A stretch of DNA of 49,785 nucleotides from Pseudomonadota bacterium (GTDB lineage Bacteria > Desulfobacterota > Desulfobacteria > Desulfobacterales > RPRI01), in assembly GCA_043825875.1 (NCBI GenBank), contig JBDRRF010000091.1, positions 1-49,785 of the forward strand, in the 5' to 3' direction. A program made the position numbers and the translations under genes. Below are positions 1 to 8,578 of the stretch, in pieces. Below the pieces are notes generated by a model. That model saw nothing but the letters and a program-made list of their open reading frames with translations, was not told the origin of the DNA and searched no databases. Positions within the stretch are counted from its first letter, which is position 1. Every line of letters starts with the position of its first letter.

Positions 1-141
1 AGCCACTTTCAAAACGTTTCAGTTTGGTCAAGCTCAAGGCGGGCGAAAATTTCAACCACAGGAATACATTTAGTATTTCGAGGATTGAAATTTGAGCCCA
101 ACGCAGAGATCGGCCAAAATGGGGCGTTTTGAAACTGGCTC
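1..141 (+). mobile_element. 142-bp MITE-like element, subfamily A, copy 1 (first base outside the window)
   Basis: Near-identical to 1696-1837 and 49124-49265. Terminal inverted repeats GAGCCACTTTCAAAACG / CGTTTTGAAACTGGCTC. Confidence 0.9.
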
Positions 142-202
142 GAACATTTTTGTTTTAGGAACAAATATTTCATAATAAAAACAATTAAGGGAGGAAGTTA
201 AT

Positions 203-958
203 ATGATGTTAGAAGGTAAATCGGCAATTGTAACAGGCGCCGGAAGAGGAGTAGGAAGAGGAATTGCTTTGGATTTTGCAAGAGAAGGCGCTGATGTCTT
301 GGTAAATTATAGCAGCAGCGAAGCAGCGGCTAACGAGGTTGTGAAGGAAATAGAAAAAATGGGCCGTAAAGGCATTGCCGTTAAGGCTGATGTTTCCAAA
401 GAAGAAGATGTAATCAATATGTTTAAAGCCGCCATCGACGGTTTCGGCAAGGTTGATATACTGGTAAACAATGCCGGTAATTCGGCTCCCGGAATGTTTC
501 ATAAGATGTCTACGGAAAAATGGGACAGCGTAGTGGATATTCATCTTAAAGGAACGTTTTTATGCATGAGAGAAGCCGCCAAACACATGATAGAAAAACA
601 GCAGGGAACAATTCTTTGTGTTATTTCGGTAGCAGGTATTCAGGGTTCGGTAGGCCAACCGAATTATGCAGCTTCTAAAGGCGGAGTTATTGGTCTGATT
701 AAAAGCGGAGCAAAAGAACTTGCACGTTATAATGTTACTGTCAATGCGGTAAGTTTAGGAATAGTATCTACCGATATGACATCTAAAATTTTATCAGATC
801 CTAAATTCAGGGAAGCCACACTTGCAAGAGCATTGCTGAAAAGACCTATGGAACCGGAAGAAGTTGGTAAAGTTTTTTCATTTTTGGCATCGGATGCCGC
901 CAAGATAATTCAGGGGCAGGTTATTGCAGTTGACGGAGGCATAGCAGGCTTAGGTTAA
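203..958 (+). CDS. Short-chain dehydrogenase/reductase, FabG-like 3-oxoacyl reductase family
   Basis: TGAGRGVG cofactor motif, NNAG, catalytic YAASK, GGAGG RBS. Confidence 0.9.
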   Translation: MMLEGKSAIVTGAGRGVGRGIALDFAREGADVLVNYSSSEAAANEVVKEIEKMGRKGIAVKADVSKEEDVINMFKAAIDGFGKVDILVNNAGNSAPGMFHKMSTEKWDSVVDIHLKGTFLCMREAAKHMIEKQQGTILCVISVAGIQGSVGQPNYAASKGGVIGLIKSGAKELARYNVTVNAVSLGIVSTDMTSKILSDPKFREATLARALLKRPMEPEEVGKVFSFLASDAAKIIQGQVIAVDGGIAGLG

Positions 959-983
959 TTTCTTAAAGATAAAGACAATATAT

Positions 984-1025
984 ATCCCTAAGCAAAAAGT
1001 CTAAAACGACTTTTTGCTTAGGGAT
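984..1025. terminator. Intrinsic terminator-like hairpin between convergent genes
   Basis: ATCCCTAAGCAAAAAGTC ... GACTTTTTGCTTAGGGAT, a perfect 18-bp stem after the SDR stop. Confidence 0.8.
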
Positions 1026-1160
1026 TAATTTTTTATGGGGCAACAAGTTTTTTCAATTATACAATCATCTATTATGGCAAATGTCATAAATTAAGTTTCG
1101 TACAATTACAAATTTTATCGCTTGCTCAAATCCGTTTTTGACTTTGGAAAGAACCATCGA

Positions 1161-1478
1161 TTACGCTTTGATCATTGTTAATAACATTTTAAAATTTTTA
1201 ACAGCCTTTAAAGCATGGGGTTTATTGGCAGGCATTATTATCATTTCACCTTGTTTTACATTAAATGGGGTACCTGCAATTGTTATTTCCACCTCACCAT
1301 CTAAAACCTGAACCAAAGCATCAAACGGGGCAGTATGTTCGCTTAAGCCCTCTCCCTTATAAAAGGCAAATAAAGTAACAGTCCCTGCTTTCTTATCGAT
1401 TATGGTTTTGCTTACAACCAATTCCTTTCGATAATCCACCATATCAGCTAATCTTCCAATTTTCACATCATCACTCAT
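1161..1478 (-). CDS. Cupin domain protein
   Basis: LSEHTAPFDALVQVLDGE and MPANKPHAL cupin motifs; GGAG RBS. Confidence 0.88.
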   Translation of the reverse strand: MSDDVKIGRLADMVDYRKELVVSKTIIDKKAGTVTLFAFYKGEGLSEHTAPFDALVQVLDGEVEITIAGTPFNVKQGEMIIMPANKPHALKAVKNFKMLLTMIKA

Positions 1479-1695
1479 AGCTTTTTCTCCTATTCTAATA
1501 ATCTTTTATTATGGTTGGATAAATATCTTAGATTTTCACGTATTCAACAGTTTAACAAAAATTTATGCCCGAAATATGAAACATAATTCTATATGTTTTT
1601 TCATATAAAACAAACAATTCTTGATATAAAATAAAATATGCCGGATACTAAGTATTCAAAAATGATGGCTTTGCAGCCAATGTATTTTATAACTT

Positions 1696-1837
1696 GAGCC
1701 ACTTTCAAAACGTTTAAGTTTGGTCAAGCTCAAGGCGGGAGAAAATTTCAACCACAGGAATACATTTAGTATTTCGAGGATTGAAATTTGAGCCCAACGC
1801 AGAGATCGGCCAAAATGGGGCGTTTTGAAACTGGCTC
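1696..1837 (+). mobile_element. 142-bp MITE-like element, subfamily A, copy 2
   Basis: 17-bp TIRs with 1 mismatch; flanked by 4-bp direct repeat ACTT (1692-1695, 1838-1841). Confidence 0.92.
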
Positions 1838-1892
1838 ACTTGCTTAATCCAGGTAATTTGCCGTTAAAATTCTAACTTTTTTTAGCTCTATT

Positions 1893-3272
1893 ATGTTTAA
1901 AAAAATATTAAACAATAAATTCTGGACCGGATTTCCTTCATGGTTATTAATAGGTGCTTTTGCAGTACTTCTTCCTATTTTTGCTTTCACAACGGCGCAA
2001 AACATACAACGCTGGAATACCTACAATAATCGTCTTTTACTTGAAAAAGGCACATCGCTTATACGTTCTTTTGAAGCCGGCACAAGAACCGGAATAATGG
2101 GAGATTATATAGGCAGCTTTCATCTTCATAATCTATTAACTGAAATCGCAATACAACCTTATGTATCATATATTCTTATAACAGACTCCGAAAAAACTAT
2201 TGTTGCCCATGATAACCCCGATTATGAAGGTGAACCTTATAAAACCGATATTGATCTCAAGAAGACTTATCTGTCAGATGAAATACAATGGCATATTATT
2301 AAAACACCGGATAAGGAAAAGATATTTGAAGTATATAAAAAATTTAATCCTGTTGGTGGCTTTTTCCGCGAAGGGATGATGCGTAAATTATTTAACCCTC
2401 AGTATAATATAAAAAACCCCAGGCAGGCGGAACTTATAATATTTGTCGGCCTTGACATGTCTTATGTTGAACAGGCAAGAAAAGCAGATACAAAACACTA
2501 TATATTTATGGGAATAGTATTACTGCTGGTAGGTTTTGGAGGCGTTGTACTGCTTTTTATGACTCAAAACTATAAAAATACCAAAGCCTCTTTAACGAGA
2601 GAAATCGCAAGAAGCCAGCGCCTTGCATCTCTTGGAAGTCTTGCTGCAGGAGTAGCGCATGAAATAAGAAACCCACTAAGTTCCATTAAAGGTCTTGCAA
2701 CCTATTTTATGGAACGAAATGAAGAAGAGGAAGATAAAAACGTTGCAAAAATTATGATCAGCGAAGTAGACAGGCTTAACAAAGTTGTAAGCCAATTGGT
2801 AGAACTTGCAAGACCGGTAACCATATCAAAGCAACCTACTCTGCTTAAATCCGTAATAGAAAATTCAATTAAGCTTCTCGAAAGAGAAGCTTTTGGGAAG
2901 AACATACAAATTGCAACAAATATTTCTTCTGAAGAAATTGAAATAGCAATTGATAAAGATAGAATAACACAGGTTTTATTAAATCTTTTTCTTAATGCAA
3001 TTGAGTCCATGGAAAAAGGCGGCAAGCTCACTATCGATGTTTTAGAAAAAGATAAAGGAGTGCTTATTAAAGTTTCAGATACAGGATCAGGTATTGACAA
3101 AGATGATCTTGCTCAAATTTTTGACCCGTATTTTACAACAAAATCAGGCGGAACAGGACTTGGGCTTGCGATAGTTTATAACATAGTAGAAGCTCATGAC
3201 GGTAAAATTACAGCGCAAAGCCTTTTTGGTAAAGGAACGGCGTTTACTATTTTTCTGCCTGGAACAAAGTAG
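1893..3272 (+). CDS. Membrane sensor histidine kinase (ZraS/NtrB-like)
   Basis: Two TM segments, H-box AHEIRNPL, N box NLFLNA, G boxes DTGSG and GTGLGL. Confidence 0.92.
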   Translation: MFKKILNNKFWTGFPSWLLIGAFAVLLPIFAFTTAQNIQRWNTYNNRLLLEKGTSLIRSFEAGTRTGIMGDYIGSFHLHNLLTEIAIQPYVSYILITDSEKTIVAHDNPDYEGEPYKTDIDLKKTYLSDEIQWHIIKTPDKEKIFEVYKKFNPVGGFFREGMMRKLFNPQYNIKNPRQAELIIFVGLDMSYVEQARKADTKHYIFMGIVLLLVGFGGVVLLFMTQNYKNTKASLTREIARSQRLASLGSLAAGVAHEIRNPLSSIKGLATYFMERNEEEEDKNVAKIMISEVDRLNKVVSQLVELARPVTISKQPTLLKSVIENSIKLLEREAFGKNIQIATNISSEEIEIAIDKDRITQVLLNLFLNAIESMEKGGKLTIDVLEKDKGVLIKVSDTGSGIDKDDLAQIFDPYFTTKSGGTGLGLAIVYNIVEAHDGKITAQSLFGKGTAFTIFLPGTK

Positions 3273-3299
3273 AAATATGATTTTAAGGGATTAAAAAAC

Positions 3300-4661
3300 A
3301 TGAAACAAAAAAACACAATTCTTGTTGTAGATGATGATATGGCACACCGTACCATGCTGTGTAAGCTTATCGGCAGTTGGGGATACGAAATGACCGAAGC
3401 AGATGATGGCATAGCGGCGATTGAGGCAGTAAAGATAAAGCCTTATGATCTTATTTTAATGGATGTAAGAATGATAAAGCTGTCAGGCATTGAAGCACTT
3501 AAAGAGATTAAAGTACTAAACCCTGCAATTCCTGCGATAATAATGACCGCTTACTCTTCTGTAGAATCAGCCGTTGAGGCCATTAAATATGGTGCTTATG
3601 ATTATCTTACAAAACCGCTCGACTTCGACAAGTTAAAACTGACTATAGCAAGAGCTATGGAGCATATTCATCTTAAAGAAGAAAACCGCCTTCTTAAAGA
3701 AAATCTCGGAATGCGTTTTGACAGGCAGAATATAATAGGGCAAAGTCTGGCTATCACAAAATTATTCGAAACCATTTCCCTGGTTGCTCCATCTGAAGCT
3801 ACTGTGCTTATTACAGGGGAATCCGGAACAGGGAAAGAATTGATTGCTGGTGCTACCCATTTTAACAGCGCAAGAGCAAAAGGCCCTTTTGTTAAAATCA
3901 ACTGCGCGGCAATACCGGAAACTCTTCTCGAATCTGAACTCTTCGGGCATGAGAAAGGAGCTTTCACCGGAGCAGACAGAAAAAAGGACGGGAGGTTTCT
4001 TCAAGCAAGTGATGGCAGTATTTTCCTTGATGAAATCACTGAAATGCCGCTTACAATGCAGGTCAAACTCCTGCGGGTGCTTCAGGAACGGGAGATAACC
4101 AGAGTCGGGGGAAATGATGTCATAAAAGTGGATGTGAGAATAATTGTTGCTACAAACAAAGATATTCAGGAAATGGTTGCTTCAGGAGCTTTTCGTGAAG
4201 ATCTTTACTACAGGCTAAATGTGGTGAATATTATGGTTCCTCCTTTAAGGGAAAGAAGAGAAGATATTTCTCTTCTTGCTGCACATTTTCTTGAAATGTT
4301 TTCAGAAAGAAACCATAAAAATATAAAAGGATATACTCCGGCAGCTATGGATGGAATTATAAAATATGACTGGCCTGGAAATGTACGGGAACTAATGAAT
4401 GCTATTGAAAGAGCTGTTGTTCTTGCACGTTTAGATTACCTTGATGTAAATGATTTTGAAGCAATCCAGGGTGAATCCGGAAAAAGTGAATTAACACAGC
4501 CTTTTGATACCTGCGATATGCCTCTTGAAGAAATTGAAAAAGCATCTATATTAAAAACACTAAAGTCTTCGAAAGACAATAAAAGTGAGGCAGCCAGAAG
4601 GCTTGGTATAACAAGAAGAACTCTACATAAGAAATTAAAAAAATACGGTGTGATGCCGTAA
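3300..4661 (+). CDS. Sigma-54-dependent response regulator (ZraR/NtrC family)
   Basis: Receiver domain, Walker A GESGTGKE, GAFTGA loop, C-terminal Fis HTH. Confidence 0.95.
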   Translation: MKQKNTILVVDDDMAHRTMLCKLIGSWGYEMTEADDGIAAIEAVKIKPYDLILMDVRMIKLSGIEALKEIKVLNPAIPAIIMTAYSSVESAVEAIKYGAYDYLTKPLDFDKLKLTIARAMEHIHLKEENRLLKENLGMRFDRQNIIGQSLAITKLFETISLVAPSEATVLITGESGTGKELIAGATHFNSARAKGPFVKINCAAIPETLLESELFGHEKGAFTGADRKKDGRFLQASDGSIFLDEITEMPLTMQVKLLRVLQEREITRVGGNDVIKVDVRIIVATNKDIQEMVASGAFREDLYYRLNVVNIMVPPLRERREDISLLAAHFLEMFSERNHKNIKGYTPAAMDGIIKYDWPGNVRELMNAIERAVVLARLDYLDVNDFEAIQGESGKSELTQPFDTCDMPLEEIEKASILKTLKSSKDNKSEAARRLGITRRTLHKKLKKYGVMP

Positions 4662-4674
4662 AAACCTGGAGGGA

Positions 4675-5139
4675 TTGATGATTAACCAGGACAAAACACG
4701 GACAATAAGATGTACTAACTGCGGGATAAAAAATAAAATCCCTTTGGATAAAGCCGGAGCTGTTGCAAAATGTGGGAAATGCTCTTCCACCCTTGATACA
4801 AGTGATCTTTTAAACAGAAAGCCTGTAATTGTTACAGATGGTGATTTTGGAACAAAAGTTATAAAATCACCCATTCCGGTTTTACTTGACTGCTGGGCTC
4901 CCTGGTGCGGGCCATGCAAAATGATAGGGCCTGTTATTGAAGAACTTGCTACTCAATACTCCGGCAAAATAAGAGTATGCAAGCTCAATGTAGATGAAAA
5001 CCCGTCAACGTCTTCAAGATTTCAGATATCAAGCATTCCTTCAATGCTGATATTTGATAAAGGAGAACTAAAGGATACAATCGTGGGAGCAGTTCCGAAA
5101 CAACAGATAGTTGGTAAAATATCACCTTTTATCTTATAG
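4675..5139 (+). CDS. trxC: Thioredoxin 2-type protein with N-terminal zinc finger
   Basis: CTNC and CGKC zinc ligands plus the WCGPC active site. Confidence 0.85.
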   Translation: MMINQDKTRTIRCTNCGIKNKIPLDKAGAVAKCGKCSSTLDTSDLLNRKPVIVTDGDFGTKVIKSPIPVLLDCWAPWCGPCKMIGPVIEELATQYSGKIRVCKLNVDENPSTSSRFQISSIPSMLIFDKGELKDTIVGAVPKQQIVGKISPFIL

Positions 5140-5313
5140 AAGTAAAAATTTGCAAGGATTCCCTTTAAATTGTTCTTTCTAAAAAGCATTGAAGCTTTGT
5201 TGAGAAAAAACATGCACTATAATTATGATTAACCATAACAAGCGGTCTAAAAGCATCAATGATAGATTTATTTCCACCGACACTTTCCATCAAAGATAGG
5301 GAGAGAAATCAAT

Positions 5314-8300
5314 ATGAAAAAGTGCCCTGAATGTGGTTTAACTATATCAGAAAAAGATAAAACTCAATGTTCTTCTTGCGGATATGTTTTTACGAAACCC
5401 GCCTCAAAAAAGCGCTTCTTTCTTACAATAATAATAGTACTTGCAACCTCGATAATATTACTTGCCTATCTGGCAATCCCAACCCGGCTCTCCTATTGGG
5501 TTTATAATATAACAAGTAATATAAAAAACCTGACTCAAATCAGCGGAAATAAATATTCAACTCCAACAGTCAAACAAAAAGATATCTATCAGGAATTTCT
5601 TGATCGCTATACAGTAAAGCCTGATACCAGATTTATCAATTCGTTTAAGATTTTAGCCAAACTTTATGGAAAGTATCGGAACCTTTCTGAGGATGAACCA
5701 GCATTTAGTATCGGCGATGTCATACATGATGGCAAAACGGCTTCGATCCCCGTCATCAAAGACGGAAATGTTGTAACTACTATTGTATTGACTGCAGAAA
5801 TGACTTTTGATGATGCCCTTAAAGCGCTTGATCAGTGTTTGAAGAAAATAGATCAAGATAAGTCACAGGTAACCGCAAATCCTGAAAGAGGGATATATTG
5901 GATGAGCGAATATGAAGCTGCGATCAGTAATTTCCATAAAATTGATCCGCGGCGTATCATCGAAGGCCTATCAGATATTGAAAGTTTATGGCAGAAGGAA
6001 GGGCCTGATTCAAGGCTACTTCTTGCAGCAGCACGGGGATATGCTTTGCTTCATATGAGTTTATATCCTGATTATATGCAACATGCCGATGATTTCACCT
6101 CGTATGCACTAGGATATTTGGCTCTTGCCAGGCATATTGATCCTGCCATTTCTTCTTCTCATGAGGAAGCATTTATCGCTATGAATATGGGATATACCGC
6201 TCATGCAGATCGAATGCTGAAAAGCAGTTCAGACAAAACTACCAAACCGGCAGACAAGATTTTTGACGCTTATATGAAAAAAGATTTTACAGCACTACTA
6301 AATCTTCAGGGGGAAGGCTCAAATGTGTTGTCTTATTATTTACTGGCGCGCCTATATCGTGAAAGCGGTTTATACAGAGAAGCCGAGGAAGTGACGAAGG
6401 GATTGCTCAATAAAATTCCCGGCCATTATCCTTCTGTTGTGGAAGCTATTTATTCCGCGGATTTGGGGATTGCCAAAATATTGACCGTTTTATATCCTAT
6501 GGATATTTTGGCACATATGGAGCAAAAAGTATTACATAGTAACCTGAAAATCTCTGAGGCCAAATTAAATGAACGTATTAAAGCCTTTACTGGCGATCCG
6601 TCAACAGCAAGCAGCATTTCTTTTAATCAATTTGATAATCTGCTGTCAAAGTGGCATCCTTTTGACAATGATAAGCATTATGGCCTTTTTATTGATGATC
6701 AGCGGGTGAAAAATATATATAAGTCACTTTATTCAGGTGCTGTGTATTTAAGGTTTAATCTTCTTTTGAAAAGATGGAATACTGTTGATAAGGCCGAAAG
6801 CTACGTTAGGGCAATGTCTGAAGGTGATGACACCTCTCCTTTGGTGATGCTAATGCTTGCAGAAGTAAACAATGAACAGGGCAACCTTGAGCAGGCAAAA
6901 TTGATTTGTGCAAAGATCGTTAGTAATTCTGAAACCAGCGCATCGCTTGCAATGAAAGCATATTTTTGTGTGGATGATTATCAGGCAAAACTGAAATTCG
7001 CCCCGGCCGTTTTCAAAAAACTTGATGGCCGGCCTGTTAATCTTACCCGCATGGGGCATGTCTTACAATGGCTTAACAATTATGACATGGCCGGAGATTT
7101 TTATGCTCTTGCCTTAAAAAAAGACCCATTTGATTTTTCCAACTATCAGTCTCTTGCAAAAGTTTCGGGTACTCATGTTCCCATTACTTGCAATCTGGAA
7201 AACTTTTCTTATAATTTTTCATTTCTCGAAAAAGCCGGAGATTATTTAGCCCGGCACGAAGAATTGATTTATAAACTCAAGGCTTTGGATTGTTATGACA
7301 AAGCACTTAAATTGGCACCTTCAAGAAATCGTCTATGGGAAAAAAAAGCAAAGATATTAAAAGATCTCAAAAGATACAAAGAATCCGCAGATGTTTTGAA
7401 AAAATGGCTTGAAAGATACGGCAGAAATGACCTGGTCACAACTATTTATAAATCGGAACTGGCAAACATATATCTGGATATGGGTAAACCAAAGATAGCG
7501 TTTAAAGTACTTTCAGATGAAATCGATTCTTATCAGGGTGGTTTTATGATGGCTCTTGCAAGAACATATGAAGATCTGAAAAAACCGGGGGAAGCCGAAA
7601 ATATTTATAAAAAAGCCCTGACCCGATATCCGACTGGAAGTCATATACTTTCGGGTGCTGCCGCATTTATGTGGCGTTTTGGCCGGGACAAAGAGGCCGC
7701 AGAATATATAGAAAAAGGACGTTTATTAAACGGTAAGTTCTCGAAGTGGTACTTTGACGATTATATGAAAATCTTTTCCCAGGCAAGTAAAGAAAGAATC
7801 ATGAAGGCATTTGATCACATTGCCTCAGGAGCAGGAGTATGGGAGATAAGTTCACTTGCCTTTCGTTTTGAAAAAGAAAAAAGGCCTGAAATCGCATACT
7901 GGCTTTTAACAAAAGCTAGGGCAGCAACCCGAATGCAGCAACTTGAAAATAGTGTTAATATTTATAAAGTATTACGTAAGTGGAAAGGAGATGATCAAGC
8001 CAGAAAATTTTTAGCGCCGAATTTAACTCCTCAATCAATGGGCCCCTTGTCTATGATATTGTTTAAGGAAGGACAATTCGATCTGATTTTGACCGAATTA
8101 AAAAATCCGGATGATTATCAAAAAGACTACAGGGAATTTATGTGGTTAATGAAGCTGATGGCATGGCAGGCAAGCAATCCGCCTGAACAAGATCTTACCG
8201 GGTTTACCCGCCATTATAGTAATAACTCACCTGACCACTACCATTCAATAGGTAAATATATGATGGGCTTAATATCGCGTTCTGATCTTTTGCAGCTTAT

Positions 8301-8538
8301 AAAGAGTCCTAAACAGCGTTGTGAGTTTTCATATTATATCGGATTTTCAGAGCGAATGAAGGGTAACTTCAGAGAGGCGGCCAACTGGTACCAGATATGT
8401 TTGGAAACCGGGCTTTCTAACAACGGGGAATATCATTGGGCATCGGATGAGTTGTTCTGGTGGGCACATATGGGAACAACAAACCGCCATAAAAAAGTAT
8501 CCGATGACATCAGTGCTTATCATGATCGGTTGTTATAG
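5314..8538 (+). CDS. Large membrane-anchored TPR-repeat protein with N-terminal zinc ribbon
   Basis: CPEC..CSSC, one TM segment, then TPR-like helical repeats (YDKALKLAP, YKKALTRYP). Confidence 0.75.
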   Translation: MKKCPECGLTISEKDKTQCSSCGYVFTKPASKKRFFLTIIIVLATSIILLAYLAIPTRLSYWVYNITSNIKNLTQISGNKYSTPTVKQKDIYQEFLDRYTVKPDTRFINSFKILAKLYGKYRNLSEDEPAFSIGDVIHDGKTASIPVIKDGNVVTTIVLTAEMTFDDALKALDQCLKKIDQDKSQVTANPERGIYWMSEYEAAISNFHKIDPRRIIEGLSDIESLWQKEGPDSRLLLAAARGYALLHMSLYPDYMQHADDFTSYALGYLALARHIDPAISSSHEEAFIAMNMGYTAHADRMLKSSSDKTTKPADKIFDAYMKKDFTALLNLQGEGSNVLSYYLLARLYRESGLYREAEEVTKGLLNKIPGHYPSVVEAIYSADLGIAKILTVLYPMDILAHMEQKVLHSNLKISEAKLNERIKAFTGDPSTASSISFNQFDNLLSKWHPFDNDKHYGLFIDDQRVKNIYKSLYSGAVYLRFNLLLKRWNTVDKAESYVRAMSEGDDTSPLVMLMLAEVNNEQGNLEQAKLICAKIVSNSETSASLAMKAYFCVDDYQAKLKFAPAVFKKLDGRPVNLTRMGHVLQWLNNYDMAGDFYALALKKDPFDFSNYQSLAKVSGTHVPITCNLENFSYNFSFLEKAGDYLARHEELIYKLKALDCYDKALKLAPSRNRLWEKKAKILKDLKRYKESADVLKKWLERYGRNDLVTTIYKSELANIYLDMGKPKIAFKVLSDEIDSYQGGFMMALARTYEDLKKPGEAENIYKKALTRYPTGSHILSGAAAFMWRFGRDKEAAEYIEKGRLLNGKFSKWYFDDYMKIFSQASKERIMKAFDHIASGAGVWEISSLAFRFEKEKRPEIAYWLLTKARAATRMQQLENSVNIYKVLRKWKGDDQARKFLAPNLTPQSMGPLSMILFKEGQFDLILTELKNPDDYQKDYREFMWLMKLMAWQASNPPEQDLTGFTRHYSNNSPDHYHSIGKYMMGLISRSDLLQLIKSPKQRCEFSYYIGFSERMKGNFREAANWYQICLETGLSNNGEYHWASDELFWWAHMGTTNRHKKVSDDISAYHDRLL

Positions 8539-8578
8539 TAAATTTGATAGCCAAACTGTTAAACATCCCTGGCAATAT

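Noticed and set aside
1540..1600. Sigma-54 promoter for the cupin gene
   Set aside because: GGCATAAATTTTTGT on the minus strand does not fit GG-N10-GC spacing.
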